This document shows positions 42,498 to 54,810 of a stretch of 64,000 nucleotides of DNA, in pieces; position 1 is the stretch's first letter; every line of letters starts with the position of its first letter. Below the pieces are notes generated by a model, which was not told the origin of the DNA, searched no databases, and worked only from the letters and a program-made list of their open reading frames with translations. The stretch is from Mobula birostris (taxonomy: Eukaryota): contig NC_092371.1 of NCBI RefSeq assembly GCF_030028105.1, positions 156,374,490 through 156,438,489 of the forward strand, given 5' to 3'. Made by a program: the position numbers and the translations under genes.

Positions 42498-43442
42498 CTG
42501 TTTAGAGTAAAGCAGAAAAAATCTATTAAACATCAAATGACAATGATTAAATACAAAGAACATACATAGGTTTCTATAAAAAGATAACTAATTTGATTCA
42601 GCTTAACTCACAATGAACCTAAATTTTTAGTTTCAGACTATTTACAACCTTTTTAACATGTTATACGTATTTTCAGTAGGTTATTAATGGGATTGAAACC
42701 AAAGGAAAGTAAAATGGAAATATGGAGGATAATGGTAACTTCAGATGATAGCTCATTGTTCTGCTCCGAATGACATGGCTCCTCATATTACAACCATTGT
42801 CATATGACACAGACAAATATAGCTAGCAAATTCATTCAACTTGCAATCTGAAAGATGATATAGCACACCTGGAACTAGTAATGGATAACTTAGAACAAGA
42901 ACAGGATCATCTTTTAATCAAATGAAGAGAACTATTCAATTAGATTATTCTATAGGTCAAATGCATGACAAATTCACAACTAAAACAGCACAAAACAATC
43001 CAAAGGATAAATGAGATTGAGCTGTTTAAATGAAAGCACCTATTAAACAGCTCAATATAAGCCTCTTGGAACAATAGATCCTTGTACAAATGGAAGAAAT
43101 TAAATTCAATAGATTGGAAAGTAGCTGAAATCTTGACATTTGTCTTAAAGGAATGTCTTTTGCAAATTACTTGTATTTCCATTATGACATCTTAAAAGTA
43201 CTTTTGTGGGTCATTGTTGTTATGAACTTGGGTCAAGGACTGGACCAATTATTAGAGCTCCAAGCCTGGCTTTTGCTAATATTTGGATAGATTTTCTGCT
43301 GCAAAGAATGGGTCTTATTCAATGGTCCTATTGCCTCACTTCGTTGAAGTTAATCTTCCTATGGATATTATTTTAATTGTTTTCCTTTAGTTCAGAAGAA
43401 AAACAAATGCAATTTGTGAAAACAAATTTGCTGGTTAATTTA

Positions 43443-43928
43443 CACTCAGTGGCCACTTTATTAGGTACACCTATACGATAATACAAATGTCTAATCACCC
43501 AATCATGTGGCAACAACTCGATGCATAAAAGCATGCAGACATGGTCAAGAGGTTCATTTGTTGCCAGACAGGATGGTTTGAGTATCTCAGAACCTGCTGA
43601 TCTCCTGGGAGTTTCATGCACAAAGGTCTCCAGAGTTTACAGAGAATGGTGTGAGAAACAAATTACATTCAGTGAGCGGCAGTTCTGTTGGAGAAAATGC
43701 CTTGTTAATGAGAAAGTTCAGAAGAAAATGGCCAGACCAGTTCAAGCTGACAGTAACTCAAATAACCACGCGTTATAACAGTAGTGTGCAGAAGAGCATC
43801 TCTTTATGCATAACACTCCGAACCTTGAAGTGGATAGGCTACAGCAGCAGAAGACAATGGGCATAGAGAAGTAAACAGTGGCCATTTTATTAGGTACAGG
43901 AGGTACCTATTAAAGTGGCCACTGTGTG
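43443..43928 (+). mobile_element. Tc1-derived MITE with transposase HTH remnant
   Basis: ta|cactcagtggccactttattaggtac...gtacctattaaagtggccactgtgtg|ta; remnant peptide GLSISEPADLLGVSCTKVSRVYREW. Confidence 0.88.
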
Positions 43929-45729
43929 TACAGTGCACTGCAGCCAGTTACCACGTTCCTGCTGTTAAGTGGAATAATATTTATTTTTGTGACACTAAAT
44001 TCCCTGGTGTTTTTTACAAACGTTTGTATTTGCAATTCAGAAGGAGACAAAGGGTAAAACATTCCACATCAAGAGTCCATACCCCAAAATGGTCAGGTGG
44101 CATTTAAGAGTAGATTGGGTAGTTACCCAGAACAGTGATGGCAAAAGGTCAAAAGAACTGGTATACTGTCGACAGTATAAACTGGGTTCAAATGGCAATT
44201 ATTTGTCCTCTTGGAGTAGAATTTTCTGGTTGAGAAAAGCACAAATCTGTCTAAGGGCAGGAGATCAGGTAATGCAGCTAGTTACACCTGCATTAGGAGG
44301 TCCCTTAGTGCCATGTGAAAGCCCTTGAGGTTGTCTCCCATTCTACCACTCTCCTATGGGAGGAGAGGTTGTTTTCTAATTACTGCCCTCTTAGCTGAGA
44401 TCAAGTGCTCAAAAGCGAACTTACAGAAGACACATTCAGAATCACAGGCTATCATGGCAAGTTGGCTGTACTTTCAATGATCAAGAGGAGAGACTTCTAC
44501 ATTCAAGAGACATTTGGTAAATGGATGGAAGGGTATAGAGGGCTAGGGTCCGGGCGCAGGTTGATGGGATTCGGCAGATTAATAGTTCAACACAGAACAG
44601 ATGGGCTGAAGGGACTGTTTCTATGTTGTAGTGCCCTGTGATCCCATGACTCTACTTAGTGGGATGGCAAATAGCAGTCCAGCTGATAGAATGATCCACT
44701 CTCAACAATGTTGTCAAGATGAAAAGTTTTATGTTCAACATCTGCAGATAATTCTTCTCAACTTGTCCTGACACAGGCAGCCAGTAATAGAAAGATACTT
44801 CTAAATGTTTTTCACTGCTGAATAAGTGAGGTTTATGACTAATATGGCTGAAAAAGATGCAAACTGATATGAACAGCTATGACCCTACAACCATCAGGCT
44901 CCTGAAACAGCATGGATAACTTCACTCACCACGACTCTAAACTGACTCTATAACCTATAGACTCACTTTCAAGGGCTCTTTACAACTCATTTTTCATCAT
45001 AGCACAATGTGTCTTCTTTTGCACATTGTTTGTTTGTCAGTCTTAGTCCATGTTTAGTTTTTTTGTAAATTTTATCATATATCGTTACTTTCCTGTAAAT
45101 GCCTGCAAGGAAACAAGTTTCAAGATAGTGTATGGTAACCTATATGAAGTTTGATACTAAATTTTACCTTGACTTCGATGTATCATCAACGATGTTAACT
45201 CTGTTTCTCTCTCTTTAGATGCTGTTTGGCCTGCTGTGTTGCCAGCATCCTTCTGCTTTACATCCAGTAATTATCTTAGGGATTTAAATACCTGCTGATG
45301 TTTGCAAAAGGGAATGTGAGGTGGATGAGGGACTTTAAAGCTGCCAGATCTCGGTAAGGAGTGATACTGTGTGGTCAGTACGCGCAATATCAAAGCAGCA
45401 ATTGTATTGAACAGTTCATTTAGAGCCATTTCAATTAAAATCGAGGGAGTGCTGTGCTGTTGGGTAAAATAGTATGTTTCAGCCAGACATATGAAAATCC
45501 CATGGTACTATTCAAAAATGGCATCAGATTTTTATGTAGAGGTACTGCACGGTTCAGGCCTTTTGGGCCCAACGAGCCCAATTACACCCATGTGACCAAC
45601 TAAACTTGCACTGTACTAGCACTACACTAATGCCGCCGTAAATCTAATGTTCAAACAAATACTTAACTCTCAGTAATCATAATTGTAAAAGATCAATTAA
45701 CTATTTATTTTAGTGCTACTTGTGAAACC

Positions 45730-45731
<2 letters not shown>

Positions 45732-45767
<36 letters not shown>
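45732..45767. repeat. (TG)18 microsatellite followed by gcgtgcgcacacgc
   Basis: Read directly. Confidence 0.95.
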
Positions 45768-45771
<4 letters not shown>

Positions 45772-45814
45772 CGCACACGCACTAACACAAGCATTCAGAA
45801 TATTGTAAACAAAT

Positions 45815-45946
45815 CACAAACAAGAGAAAATCTGTAGATGCTGGAAATCTGAGCAACACACACAAAATGCAGGACGAACTCAGCAGGCCAGGCAGCATCC
45901 ATGGAAAAAGTACAGTTGACGTTTCGGGCCAAAACCCTGGAGGACT
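45815..45946 (-). mobile_element. Penelope 3' terminus mini-insertion
   Basis: gatgctggaaatctgagcaacacacacaaaatgc...gtacagttgacgtttcgggccaaaaccctggaggact; stops at hammerhead stem I. Confidence 0.8.
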
Positions 45947-47844
45947 AGTACTGTGCTGTAATATTCTACGTCCTATGCCTGCAGGTAATGAACACTGAGA
46001 TGACCTGAACATGAATGGCTCTTTCAATTTTGTGCTTAATGTTCCGTGTTTTCGCTCTTAATTCTTGTTGCCACTTGTGCAATTTGCGCGTGGGGGGGGG
46101 GGTTGATTTTTTTTTCTTTATACGGGTTCCATAGTTTTCTTTGTTTTGTGCCTGTCTGTGGGGGAAGACAAATCTCTGAGTTGTATACTGCATACAATCT
46201 TTGATAATCAACATACTTTGAATCTATCTATAACCCAATTGCAACTGCACTGACAATTGAAAACACTTTGGGATATTCCAGGGAAGCAAAAGCCATGCTA
46301 AAATTAATATACTTCCTTGCTTTACTTGAATCCCTGAACAGAGACTGCAATAGTTTTCAAAATATATGCCACCGATCATATGGTGGGCATTCACTTTATC
46401 GTGCAGGTCTATTACTATCAGGGGATGAGCACAACCCTTGCAATCACTGAACGTAAACACTGAAGCTGAATTCAGTCTCTAAATGTCACATTTTAATTAT
46501 TTTAGAGTGATGGTAGTTAACATTAAAGTAATATCCACTAGATATCTTGCCTTCTTTCAAAATCAAACAATGACAGGGTTGAGCTTTTTGAAGCACATAA
46601 AGGCATGCCAGCTGATTGTACAGTTCAGATATCCGCTTTGGCATCAGGACACTTGGGAATGGCAGTAAATCAATGATTTATAAAGACAACCAAAACATAA
46701 CACAAATGAACAGAAGAGATTTCTGGAGCTTGTAGATATGCCTGATGTGTTATCTCCTTCTGTCTTTGACCTACTATCAATGCTCTCTTCTCTCACAGAA
46801 AGAGACGCTCTCAGCTGATACAGTGTATTTCATTTGGCACTGATAAAACCTGCGGGAACAGATTACTTCCCCAACTTCTGAGCTGGGATGTGTGAATGTT
46901 CCAGGAAGAAAGCAGAGGTGCCTAACAGGAGAAAAGTAACAAAACGAATTTTTTTAAAAATGGTGGGCATGAGGTGATGTACATTAATACAAAGTGGGTT
47001 GGAATATGACAATACATTCATGCTTGAGAACAGAAATAGAATCAGAGAAAGACTGAACGCAGATACTGGTCATTTGTTCCACTGAACCTGCAACTATATG
47101 AGTCAGGTACCTTCTGAGTTCCTCCAGCATTTTGTGTGTTGCTTTAGGTATTCAATTTACTTGGCTCCCTTTCTTTATATCTAAAGGCTCAAAGATTTCC
47201 TTTTTTGATTTTTATCTAATTTATTTTTGTTACGTTACTATTGAATCTCCTTTTCCCATCCTCTGAGACAGTGCATTCACAAACGTAATAACTTGCTGTG
47301 CAAACAATATACCCAAACAATCTTACTGCATTTACATTGTACAAGTACTTCACAATTTTGAATCCTCTTAAAACTCCCTGCTCTAAGGAGAGCTCCAGCT
47401 GCTCAGTCTAACTGTTTGCAATCTTGCACATTAATCAGAATTTGAAAGAGAAAGAGAACAGTTAACTTTACATATGAATTGCGAGGGAATCTGTCTCCAT
47501 TGAGGTGCTGATTTTCTCTCTCTATTTAAATACTGCACAATTTCTATTGTCTTGGCCTGGATGAGGACACTTCAATTTGTGTATTAAGAACAGAAAATCC
47601 CAGAAATATATACCAGGTCAAGGAGCATCAGTGAAAAGAGAATTGACATAGATGTTTAGGTTGATGAACTCTCACCAGTGGTCCTGAAACATTGAATCTG
47701 CATCTTTCCCCTTCGACACCACCTGACCAGATGAGTACTTTCAGCATTTGTGACCAGACTTCCAGTTTTCAGCATCTGCAATATTTTATTTTCCGATTTC
47801 CATGTTACTACTCTGTGAGGGTGAGTTACATCTTGTTCGAGAGG

Positions 47845-48390
47845 ATAAGAATATAAAAACATGGATGTAATGCTAAGGTTTTATAAGGCATTGGTCAGAT
47901 GACACTTGGAGTATTGTGAGTAGTTTTGGGCCCCTTATCTAATAAAAGATGTGCTGGCAAATGAAAAGGTTCACAAGCATGAATCCAGGAATGAAAGGCT
48001 AAATGTTTGAGGAATGCTTGATGGCTCTGTGCCTGTACTCCCTGGAATTTAGAACAAAGCGTGGTGATCTCATAGAATATTGAATGGCCTCAACAGAGTG
48101 GATTTGAAGAGGATGTTTCCTATGATAGGGGAGTCTAGGACCAGAGGGTACAGCCTCAGGATAGAGAGATGAGCAGGAATTTCTTTAGACAGAAGGTAGT
48201 GAATCTATGGAATTCACTGTGGTTGTAGACAGCAAATCATTGGGTATATTTTGATAGGTTCTTGACAGTCAGGGTGGCAAAGGTTATGCCAGGAGAATGG
48301 GGTTGAGAGAAATAATAAATCAGGCATGATGGAACGGCATGGAAACTCGATGGGCCAAATGGCCTAATTCTGCTCCTATGTCTTGTGGTT
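47845..48390 (+). mobile_element. CR1 LINE 3' fragment
   Basis: ataaggcattggtcaga...ttggagtattgtgag...ggcctaattctgctcctatgtctt; same subfamily as 22775-23378. Confidence 0.8.
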
Positions 48391-49829
48391 TATTGCTACT
48401 GCAAGCATAGAGCCAACATCTAGGATTAGACCACAGTTCCACTTATTTAATAAGCTGTATAGCTCTCCCAAATGAAGTCTACAGTATACTCTATGACCCA
48501 TCATAGGTCTGTAAGTCAGTATTAGGCAGTAATGAGCATGTATATTTTCTGAATGAATTCTTTGTCAACTCCAAAGTGGCATGAAATGCATATTCCAGCA
48601 ATTCCCTTTGGACAGTCATTTTACTGCAAATATTCAAACTTTACTTCACATTAAGCACTTGGCACAGCGTATAACAAGTTTAATGGTATTGCAGTTACTA
48701 TCATTAACTGCTATGAGTTAACAAGTAATGAATCAGTGCTCTCCAGAGTGTTTGGAGATTGTTTTGGCCAATACAAATCACTCGACCAATACTGAAAGGC
48801 AGATTATTCAGATGCTTACCTTATTACTGTGTAGGTTCAAATTAGTCAAAAGATAATTTTACACCAGTGACCATACATGATTCCATGGTAGTAAAGTGCT
48901 TTGAAATGTCCCCACGTCCTGGAAGAGAGTAGTCCTTTTGTATTCTACTCTGGGAATGGTTCATGGCCCGACTGTTATCTGAATATAATCTGCACCATGT
49001 CACAAAGCACTCAGTACATTGTACAAAATAGTGCTGTGGACTGAATTACTTGGCATGATCATGGCTTGAACCTGATTCCTTCTCAGCACTGATCCTTATT
49101 TATCATAAACTCACCTTTTGCATTTCTCCCCTCTTCAAAATGAAATTAAACAGAGCACCTCCTTTACTCCTGCTCCAAAGATGCTTTTCAAAGGGGTACA
49201 AGGACTTGGGAATGAGAAGGACTACAGTTCATTAATTAACTTTGCTGCTCAACATTTTTAACATGTTTAGCATTTACCCTGTATTCAAATACTGACCAGA
49301 GATTACAGCTCACAAACTATATATCAGCCCTAGAACAAACACAGTCCAAATGCACCAGATTTGGACACTGCAAATTGTGGAGTGTGGTGTCTGGGGGAGA
49401 GGGGCAGGAGGTTTTGGGGAAGATGAAAGAGAAGGTGGGGAGAAGGAAATGGGACATGCATGACTGGTGTAAATGGGCGTCTTTCTGGTCGTGTGGGCTC
49501 AACGGACAGAAGGGTGTGCTTCTGTGCTGCATTCCTCCATGATTAATGATACCAGAGTAATTGCTTCATCTTGCTTGTATTCTTTTGAATCCATACAACC
49601 AAGCACCTAACTGAGATTGTCAAAAGACTTAATTGAGGCACTTTAGCATTAAAAGGTTCAACATAAATAGTATTCAGGAGAAAGATACTCACAGCTTATC
49701 AGTTTGTGAAATGCTGTATGTTAGTGTTGATGTTTGCACATATTCAATGGTGAAACTGCTAGATTATGACGCTCCATGAAAGTTAATCAAAGTGGTATTG
49801 TAAATATGGAAACAACAGCTTTATATATT

Positions 49830-50097
49830 GGGCCAAGGTTATGATGCTCGCCGTTGGGCTCACCATCTGAAGGTCATGGGTTCGAGTATTGGCCAAGGCA
49901 GCGTGTTGTGTCTTTGAGCAAGGCACTTAACCACACACTGCTCCAGTCCACCCAGCTGAAAATGGGTGTTGGCAAATGCTGGGGGTTAACCTTGTGATAG
50001 ACTGGTGTCCTATCTGGGGGGGAGAGTCTCATACTCTCAGTCGCTTCACGCCACAGAAACCAGCCTGATGGGCCACAAGGCTCGGGACAGACTTTAA
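49830..50097 (+). mobile_element. tRNA-derived SINE with a CORE-like domain
   Basis: B box gggttcgagta, followed by ttgtgtctttgagcaaggcacttaacc (CORE-like) and gcttcacgccacagaaacc. Confidence 0.7.
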
Positions 50098-50949
50098 CTT
50101 TGAATTATTTCTTCAGCTTGAAGTCAAAATGGCTGAGCAGTGTTTAGCTTTGTAATTAGTCACGTTTCAGTGTCTGGCCCATTAGCAGTAGATATGAACC
50201 AAACCCAAAAGAGATAATCAGGTCTCAAAGATTTGTTAGCCTTTAAGCAATGCGTAGGTAGCAATTACTGCCAATCAACCTTTCTGGCATTGGAAATTAT
50301 TACAATCACATAGTTTTAATTCTTTAGACTTTGAATTTTCAGGGAGATTTAAAAAATTGCAGATTTAAAATTTTATCTTTTCTTATTTTTTAATTGGGTC
50401 TTCAGATTCTAATCATTCTTCTCCTCTCCTTCTGATATAAAATTTAGTTACTCCACAGTTTTTGCACTAGTAATTTCTTAACACCAATTTAATAATGAAT
50501 ATCTTGCTCACAAGGGCCAGGACTTGGCCCAGATACCGAGTTCTCCACTGCATCATTATCAACACACTTTCTCAACAGCACAGTTTGAGGGACATGTCTG
50601 GCATATTGGTAGACATTAATTGATACTCTACTCCAACAACACATAAGGCAAACATATATTTTTATACAAATGCTGGAAACAAAATAACTGACAGTTCTCC
50701 CGTGAGTTGGTGTTTCCATTGTGTTTTGGATCAGTAATTTTTCTACGCCTGAAAGGAAAGAAAATGCAAAATCACGTAAGAAGTATATCTTGCTTGAGGC
50801 AACCTTTACACCTACAACTCCCTTGCATTAAGCTTGCTTGCTGTAAAGAGTTCCCATTTTGAAAAATTTTGTGTATCCTCATGTCATCTGTTTGCCAAAT
50901 AATAATAAAAAGGTCAATTTAACCAAATTAATTTATTATCTATTTACAG

Positions 50950-51220
50950 ATACAGTGCAGCATAGGCCTTCTGGCCCTTTGAGGTGCACTGCTGTGCAAC
51001 CTCCAACAACCTCGATTTAACCTTAACCTAGTCATGGGACTAATTAACCTGCCCGGCATGTCTTTGGACAATGGGAGGAAACCAGAGCATCCAGGGAAAA
51101 AACAACGCATTCTATAGGGAGGACGTACAGACTCCTTACAGATGATGCCGGAACTGAACTCTGAACTCCGCTCTGAGTTGTAATAGCGTCACGCTAACCA
51201 CTACGCCACCATGGCTCCCA
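50950..51220 (-). mobile_element. V-SINE
   Basis: gggaggaaaccagagcatccaggga...gtacagactccttacaga...cacgctaaccactacgccacc (tRNA-like head on -). Confidence 0.75.
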
Positions 51221-51386
51221 ATTTTACCCCTTTCCACACATTAAAAATGGAGGTAGTTTTAACTTGAAGGTCCATCTTCTGCTACACTGAATACAACAGA
51301 GCATAAAACTGCGTCAGGGTAAAGAGGCAATGCTACCTGAATTAACCTGTGGGTCAGGTCAAAATTCTTTCAACCTGGGTCTAGAA

Positions 51387-51466
51387 CAGGTGTTCACAAC
51401 CTGGGATCCGTGGACACCTCGGTTAATGGTAGGGGTCCATGGCATAAAAAAAGTTGGGAACCCCTG
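51387..51466. mobile_element. 80-bp hAT-Charlie-type MITE, 31 bp from the exon donor
   Basis: TIRs caggtgttcacaac / gttgggaacccctg; 8-bp TSD gtctagaa / gcctagaa (NTCTAGAN type). Confidence 0.85.
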
Positions 51467-51497
51467 GCCTAGAATAAAGAAAGAAACTGGTACTAAC

Positions 51498-51593
51498 CAT
51501 AATCCGAGCATGACCATTTGGGAAAGTGCCAGCCGTATCCCCAGCTATTGGATCTTGGCAGTTCCTCAGCCGACATCTAACGGCATCTTGAAC
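51498..51593 (-). CDS. ADGRB3: ADGRB3/BAI3 coding exon just after TM7 ([32 protein letters not shown])
   Basis: 96 nt, phase 0-0. Acceptor ...gctgaacag|GTT, donor ATG|gttagt. The peptide matches recalled vertebrate BAI3 [32 protein letters not shown]. Confidence 0.95.
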
Positions 51594-51778
51594 CTGTTCA
51601 GCAGAAAAGCAGCTGTAAGTTGATGAGTAAGCAGTAATGAACACTGAGCATGCTGGAAGTTCAGTAAGGTTATTCTGTACTATAATTGATTTACATTCAA
51701 TGTAACAGACATAATAATGTTTAAGTTAGACTTGCACCGATATGTCATTTTATTGACAGTGCAAGAAACGAGAAAAAA

Positions 51779-52535
51779 CATAGAACCATAGAACATTACA
51801 GCACAGAAACAGGCCTTTTGGTCCTTCTTGGCTGTGCCAAACCATTTTTCTGCCTAGTCCCAGTGACCTGCAGCTGGACCATATCCCTCCATACATCTCT
51901 CATCCATGTACCTGTCCAAGTTTTTCTTAAATATTAAAAGTGAGCCTGCATTTACCACTTTATCTGGCAGCTCATTCCACACTCCCACCACTCTCTGTGG
52001 TGAACGACCACAAGGGAACCCTGCTCTGCCTGCCCTTTCCCTCGCTTGACGGTAACCCAATTACCTGTGCGCTGCTCCTTTAACGTAACTACCTCCCTGA
52101 AGCTACTATCTATAAACACCTCATTCTCCCGAATGATCCTGATGTCATCCAGCTCCTGCTCCAGTTCCCTAACGCGATTTGTTAGGAGCTGCAACTGGAT
52201 GCACTTCTTGCAGGTGTCGTTCCCACATCCTGCAAGAGGAGCATTCCAACATCCTGCCTGGCATTCTCTCTACTCTAAACAAACAAAACAAAACTTACCG
52301 GAACCTACCCTCGCCTCTGTCTGTTCACGCCTAAGCCTGTTGAGCCAAAGCCATCCCACTCTGCTCCCTCTCACTCCGCTGTCCGGTCTCAACACTGCCC
52401 ACTGTATATGGTCTTCTTTTAAACCTCTGGCGCCCTACGTCACGCGCCTGTGCAGTCTAACCTCTTTTCCCAGAGCAGTGTAAAAAAAATGTCTTCTCTC
52501 CGAGATTCCTTACTCCTTCTGTCTTGGCCTCTTGC
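51779..52535 (-). mobile_element. Internally deleted CR1: putative 5' UTR + start of ORF1 fused to the 3' end
   Basis: ORF 51952..52194 QLLTNRVRELEQELDDIRIIRENEVFIDSSFREVVT...WVTVKRGKG resembles CR1 ORF1. 51779-51998 is nearly identical to 37480-37700. The 5' boundary is approximate. Confidence 0.8.
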
Positions 52536-52560
52536 TCTGATAGCTTGTATCATCCATATA

Positions 52561-53095
52561 CATTCAGTGGCCACTTTATTAGGTTCCTCCTGTAGCTAAT
52601 AAAGTCGCCACTGAATGTATGTTCGTGATCTTCTGCTGTTATAGCCCATCCTCTTCAACATTTGACAGGTCATGCATTCAGAGATGCTCTTCTGCACACC
52701 ACTGTTGTAATGCAAGGTTATTTGAGTTACTGTCATCTTCCTGTCAGCTTGAACCTGTGAGGACATTCTCACCCGAACTCTCTCATTAACAAGGCTTTTT
52801 GGCCACTGCTGAACACCATACAATTCCAGAGACTGTTGTACTTGAAAATCCCAGGAGATCAGCTGTTTCTGAGATACTCAAACTACCCTATCTGACACCA
52901 ACAATTATTCCATGGTCAAAGTCACTTGGATCACATTTCTTCTCCATCCTGATGTGTGGTCTGAACAACAGAACCTCTTGACTATCTCTGCATGCTTTAG
53001 TTGCTGCATTGAGTTGCTGTCACATGATTTTCTGATTAGATATTTGCGGTAATCAGAAGGTATACAGGTATACCTAATAAATTGGCCACTGAGTG
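52561..53095 (-). mobile_element. Tc1-derived MITE (same family as 43443-43928)
   Basis: ta|cattcagtggccactttattagg...cctaataaattggccactgagtg|ta. Confidence 0.88.
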
Positions 53096-53135
53096 TATTT
53101 CCTCAGTTTAAAGGAAATCACTTCAAAGCAGGTTT

Positions 53136-53220
53136 GATCTACCTTCCCCGGACTAGATCTGATCTACCATCCCCAGACCAGATCTGATCTACACTTCACC
53201 AGATCAGATCTGATCTACCT
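53136..53220. repeat. Minisatellite, 25-26 bp unit x3.3
   Basis: gatctaccttccccggactagatct / gatctaccatccccagaccagatct / gatctacacttcaccagatcagatct / gatctacct. Confidence 0.85.
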
Positions 53221-53589
53221 GTTCTGAAGCCCTTAAACTTTAAGCCTAAAAAAAGTGTGAATACTTTTCATTTTGGAATTTTCAATTGGCCATCAAGCTC
53301 AGGAGGTTTTGCAGGTGTGTACACTATATTTTCTGTACTACTGTGTGTGCAGGAGCTTTCCAACATTAAACCCAAAAGACTTAGCTTATATTATAAGGCC
53401 ACTTTATCTTGCTTTGGACTAGCCTAACAGAGCAATGAACTTCTCTCACAAATAGATAAACGTATGGTGGCTTAGTCAACTTCTCATGACTGTACAGCAC
53501 AGATTTTGCATTGTATGGGTCCATAAATATATTAATTGAAAAAGAAGCATGTTATCTAAATGGTGAGAGATTGAGGTGTAAAGGGATTA

Positions 53590-53771
53590 TGAAGAGAAAT
53601 AACCATCAACATTTCAGGCCAAAATCCTTCATTGGGATTGTCCCAAAGGGTCTTGGCCTGAAACATTGCCTGCTTATTCCTCTCCATAGATCCTGCTTGA
53701 CCTGCTGAATTCGTCCAGTATTTTGTGTGTGTTGCTTTGGATTTCCAGCATCTGCAGTCTCTCTTGTGTTT
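53590..53771 (+). mobile_element. Degenerate Penelope-derived hairpin
   Basis: Short inverted arm (caacatttcaggccaaaatccttc) facing aagggtcttggcctgaaacattg...tttccagcatctgcag. Confidence 0.72.
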
Positions 53772-54605
53772 ATATCCTACTACGTGACTCAGACACGGTA
53801 GGTAATTAGGACAGCAAACAGAATGTTTATTGCTGTTGTTACTGAAAGTAGAAGCAGGCAGGTTAAGCTCCACTTACACAGCACATTGGTGAGACAACAT
53901 CTGGAGTGCTAATGACAGTGGGAGGGAAGTTATTGCAAAACAGTTTAAAGGACAGAATTAATCTACCCACGGAAAGGCAGGGATAGTTAGTGTGGCTCTA
54001 CTAAGGAGAGATCAATTGATCAGCATTAATGAGCTTTTGAAGAAGTAACAAAATATATTAAATGATGAAACTATACTTGATGTAGTCCATATGGCCTTCA
54101 GTAAGGTCTTTGACAATGTCCCACATGGAAAGCTAGTTCAAAAGGTTAAAGCTCATGGCAAGTTGGAAAGTTCGATTAGCTTGTAAAGAGAACACAGAGG
54201 GTGATGGTGGAAAGTTACTTCTGTGATTGAATGTCTCTGACCAGGGATCAGTACAGGAACCCTTACTGTTCCTCATAAGCAATATTGCAGAAGGCATAGG
54301 TTTAAGGTGAGGAGTAAATGGGTTGGAGGGAAACTGAGGAAGGACAATTTTTTGGCCAGAATTGTCTGGAATCTGAATGCGTTCTCTGAGCAGGTAAGCA
54401 AGATGAGTGCTTTCACAACACGCAAGAAAAACTTTAGAGCTTCACAAATGTACTGTAAAAGACTCCTGACTGCTATATCATGGCCTGGATTGGCAATTCC
54501 AATACACTGCAGAGTTTATTCTGCCCAGTACATCAGAGACACATCCCTCCCCTCCAATGGTGGCACCCACAGGAGTCGCTGCCTCAAGAAGATGACATCA
54601 TCATC

Positions 54606-54810
54606 AACACAAGATTCTGCAGATGCTAGAAATCCAGAGTAACACATACAAAATGATGGAGGAACTCAGCAGATCATGGAACTCAGCAGCTATGAAAAAG
54701 AATAAACAGTTGATGCTTTGGGGTGAGGCTGGAAAAGAAGGGGTAAGAACACAGCATCTTTCCACAGATGCTGCCTGACTGCTGAGTTCCTCCAGCATTT
54801 TATGTGTTTC
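54606..54810 (-). mobile_element. Degenerate Penelope-derived hairpin inserted in a Rex1-like 3' fragment
   Basis: acatacaaaatgatggaggaactcagcag ... ctgctgagttcctccagcattttatgtgt. Confidence 0.7.

Noticed and set aside
53136-53220. Possible CRISPR-like array
   Set aside because: Units are contiguous with no unique spacers, the context is eukaryotic and there are no cas genes.
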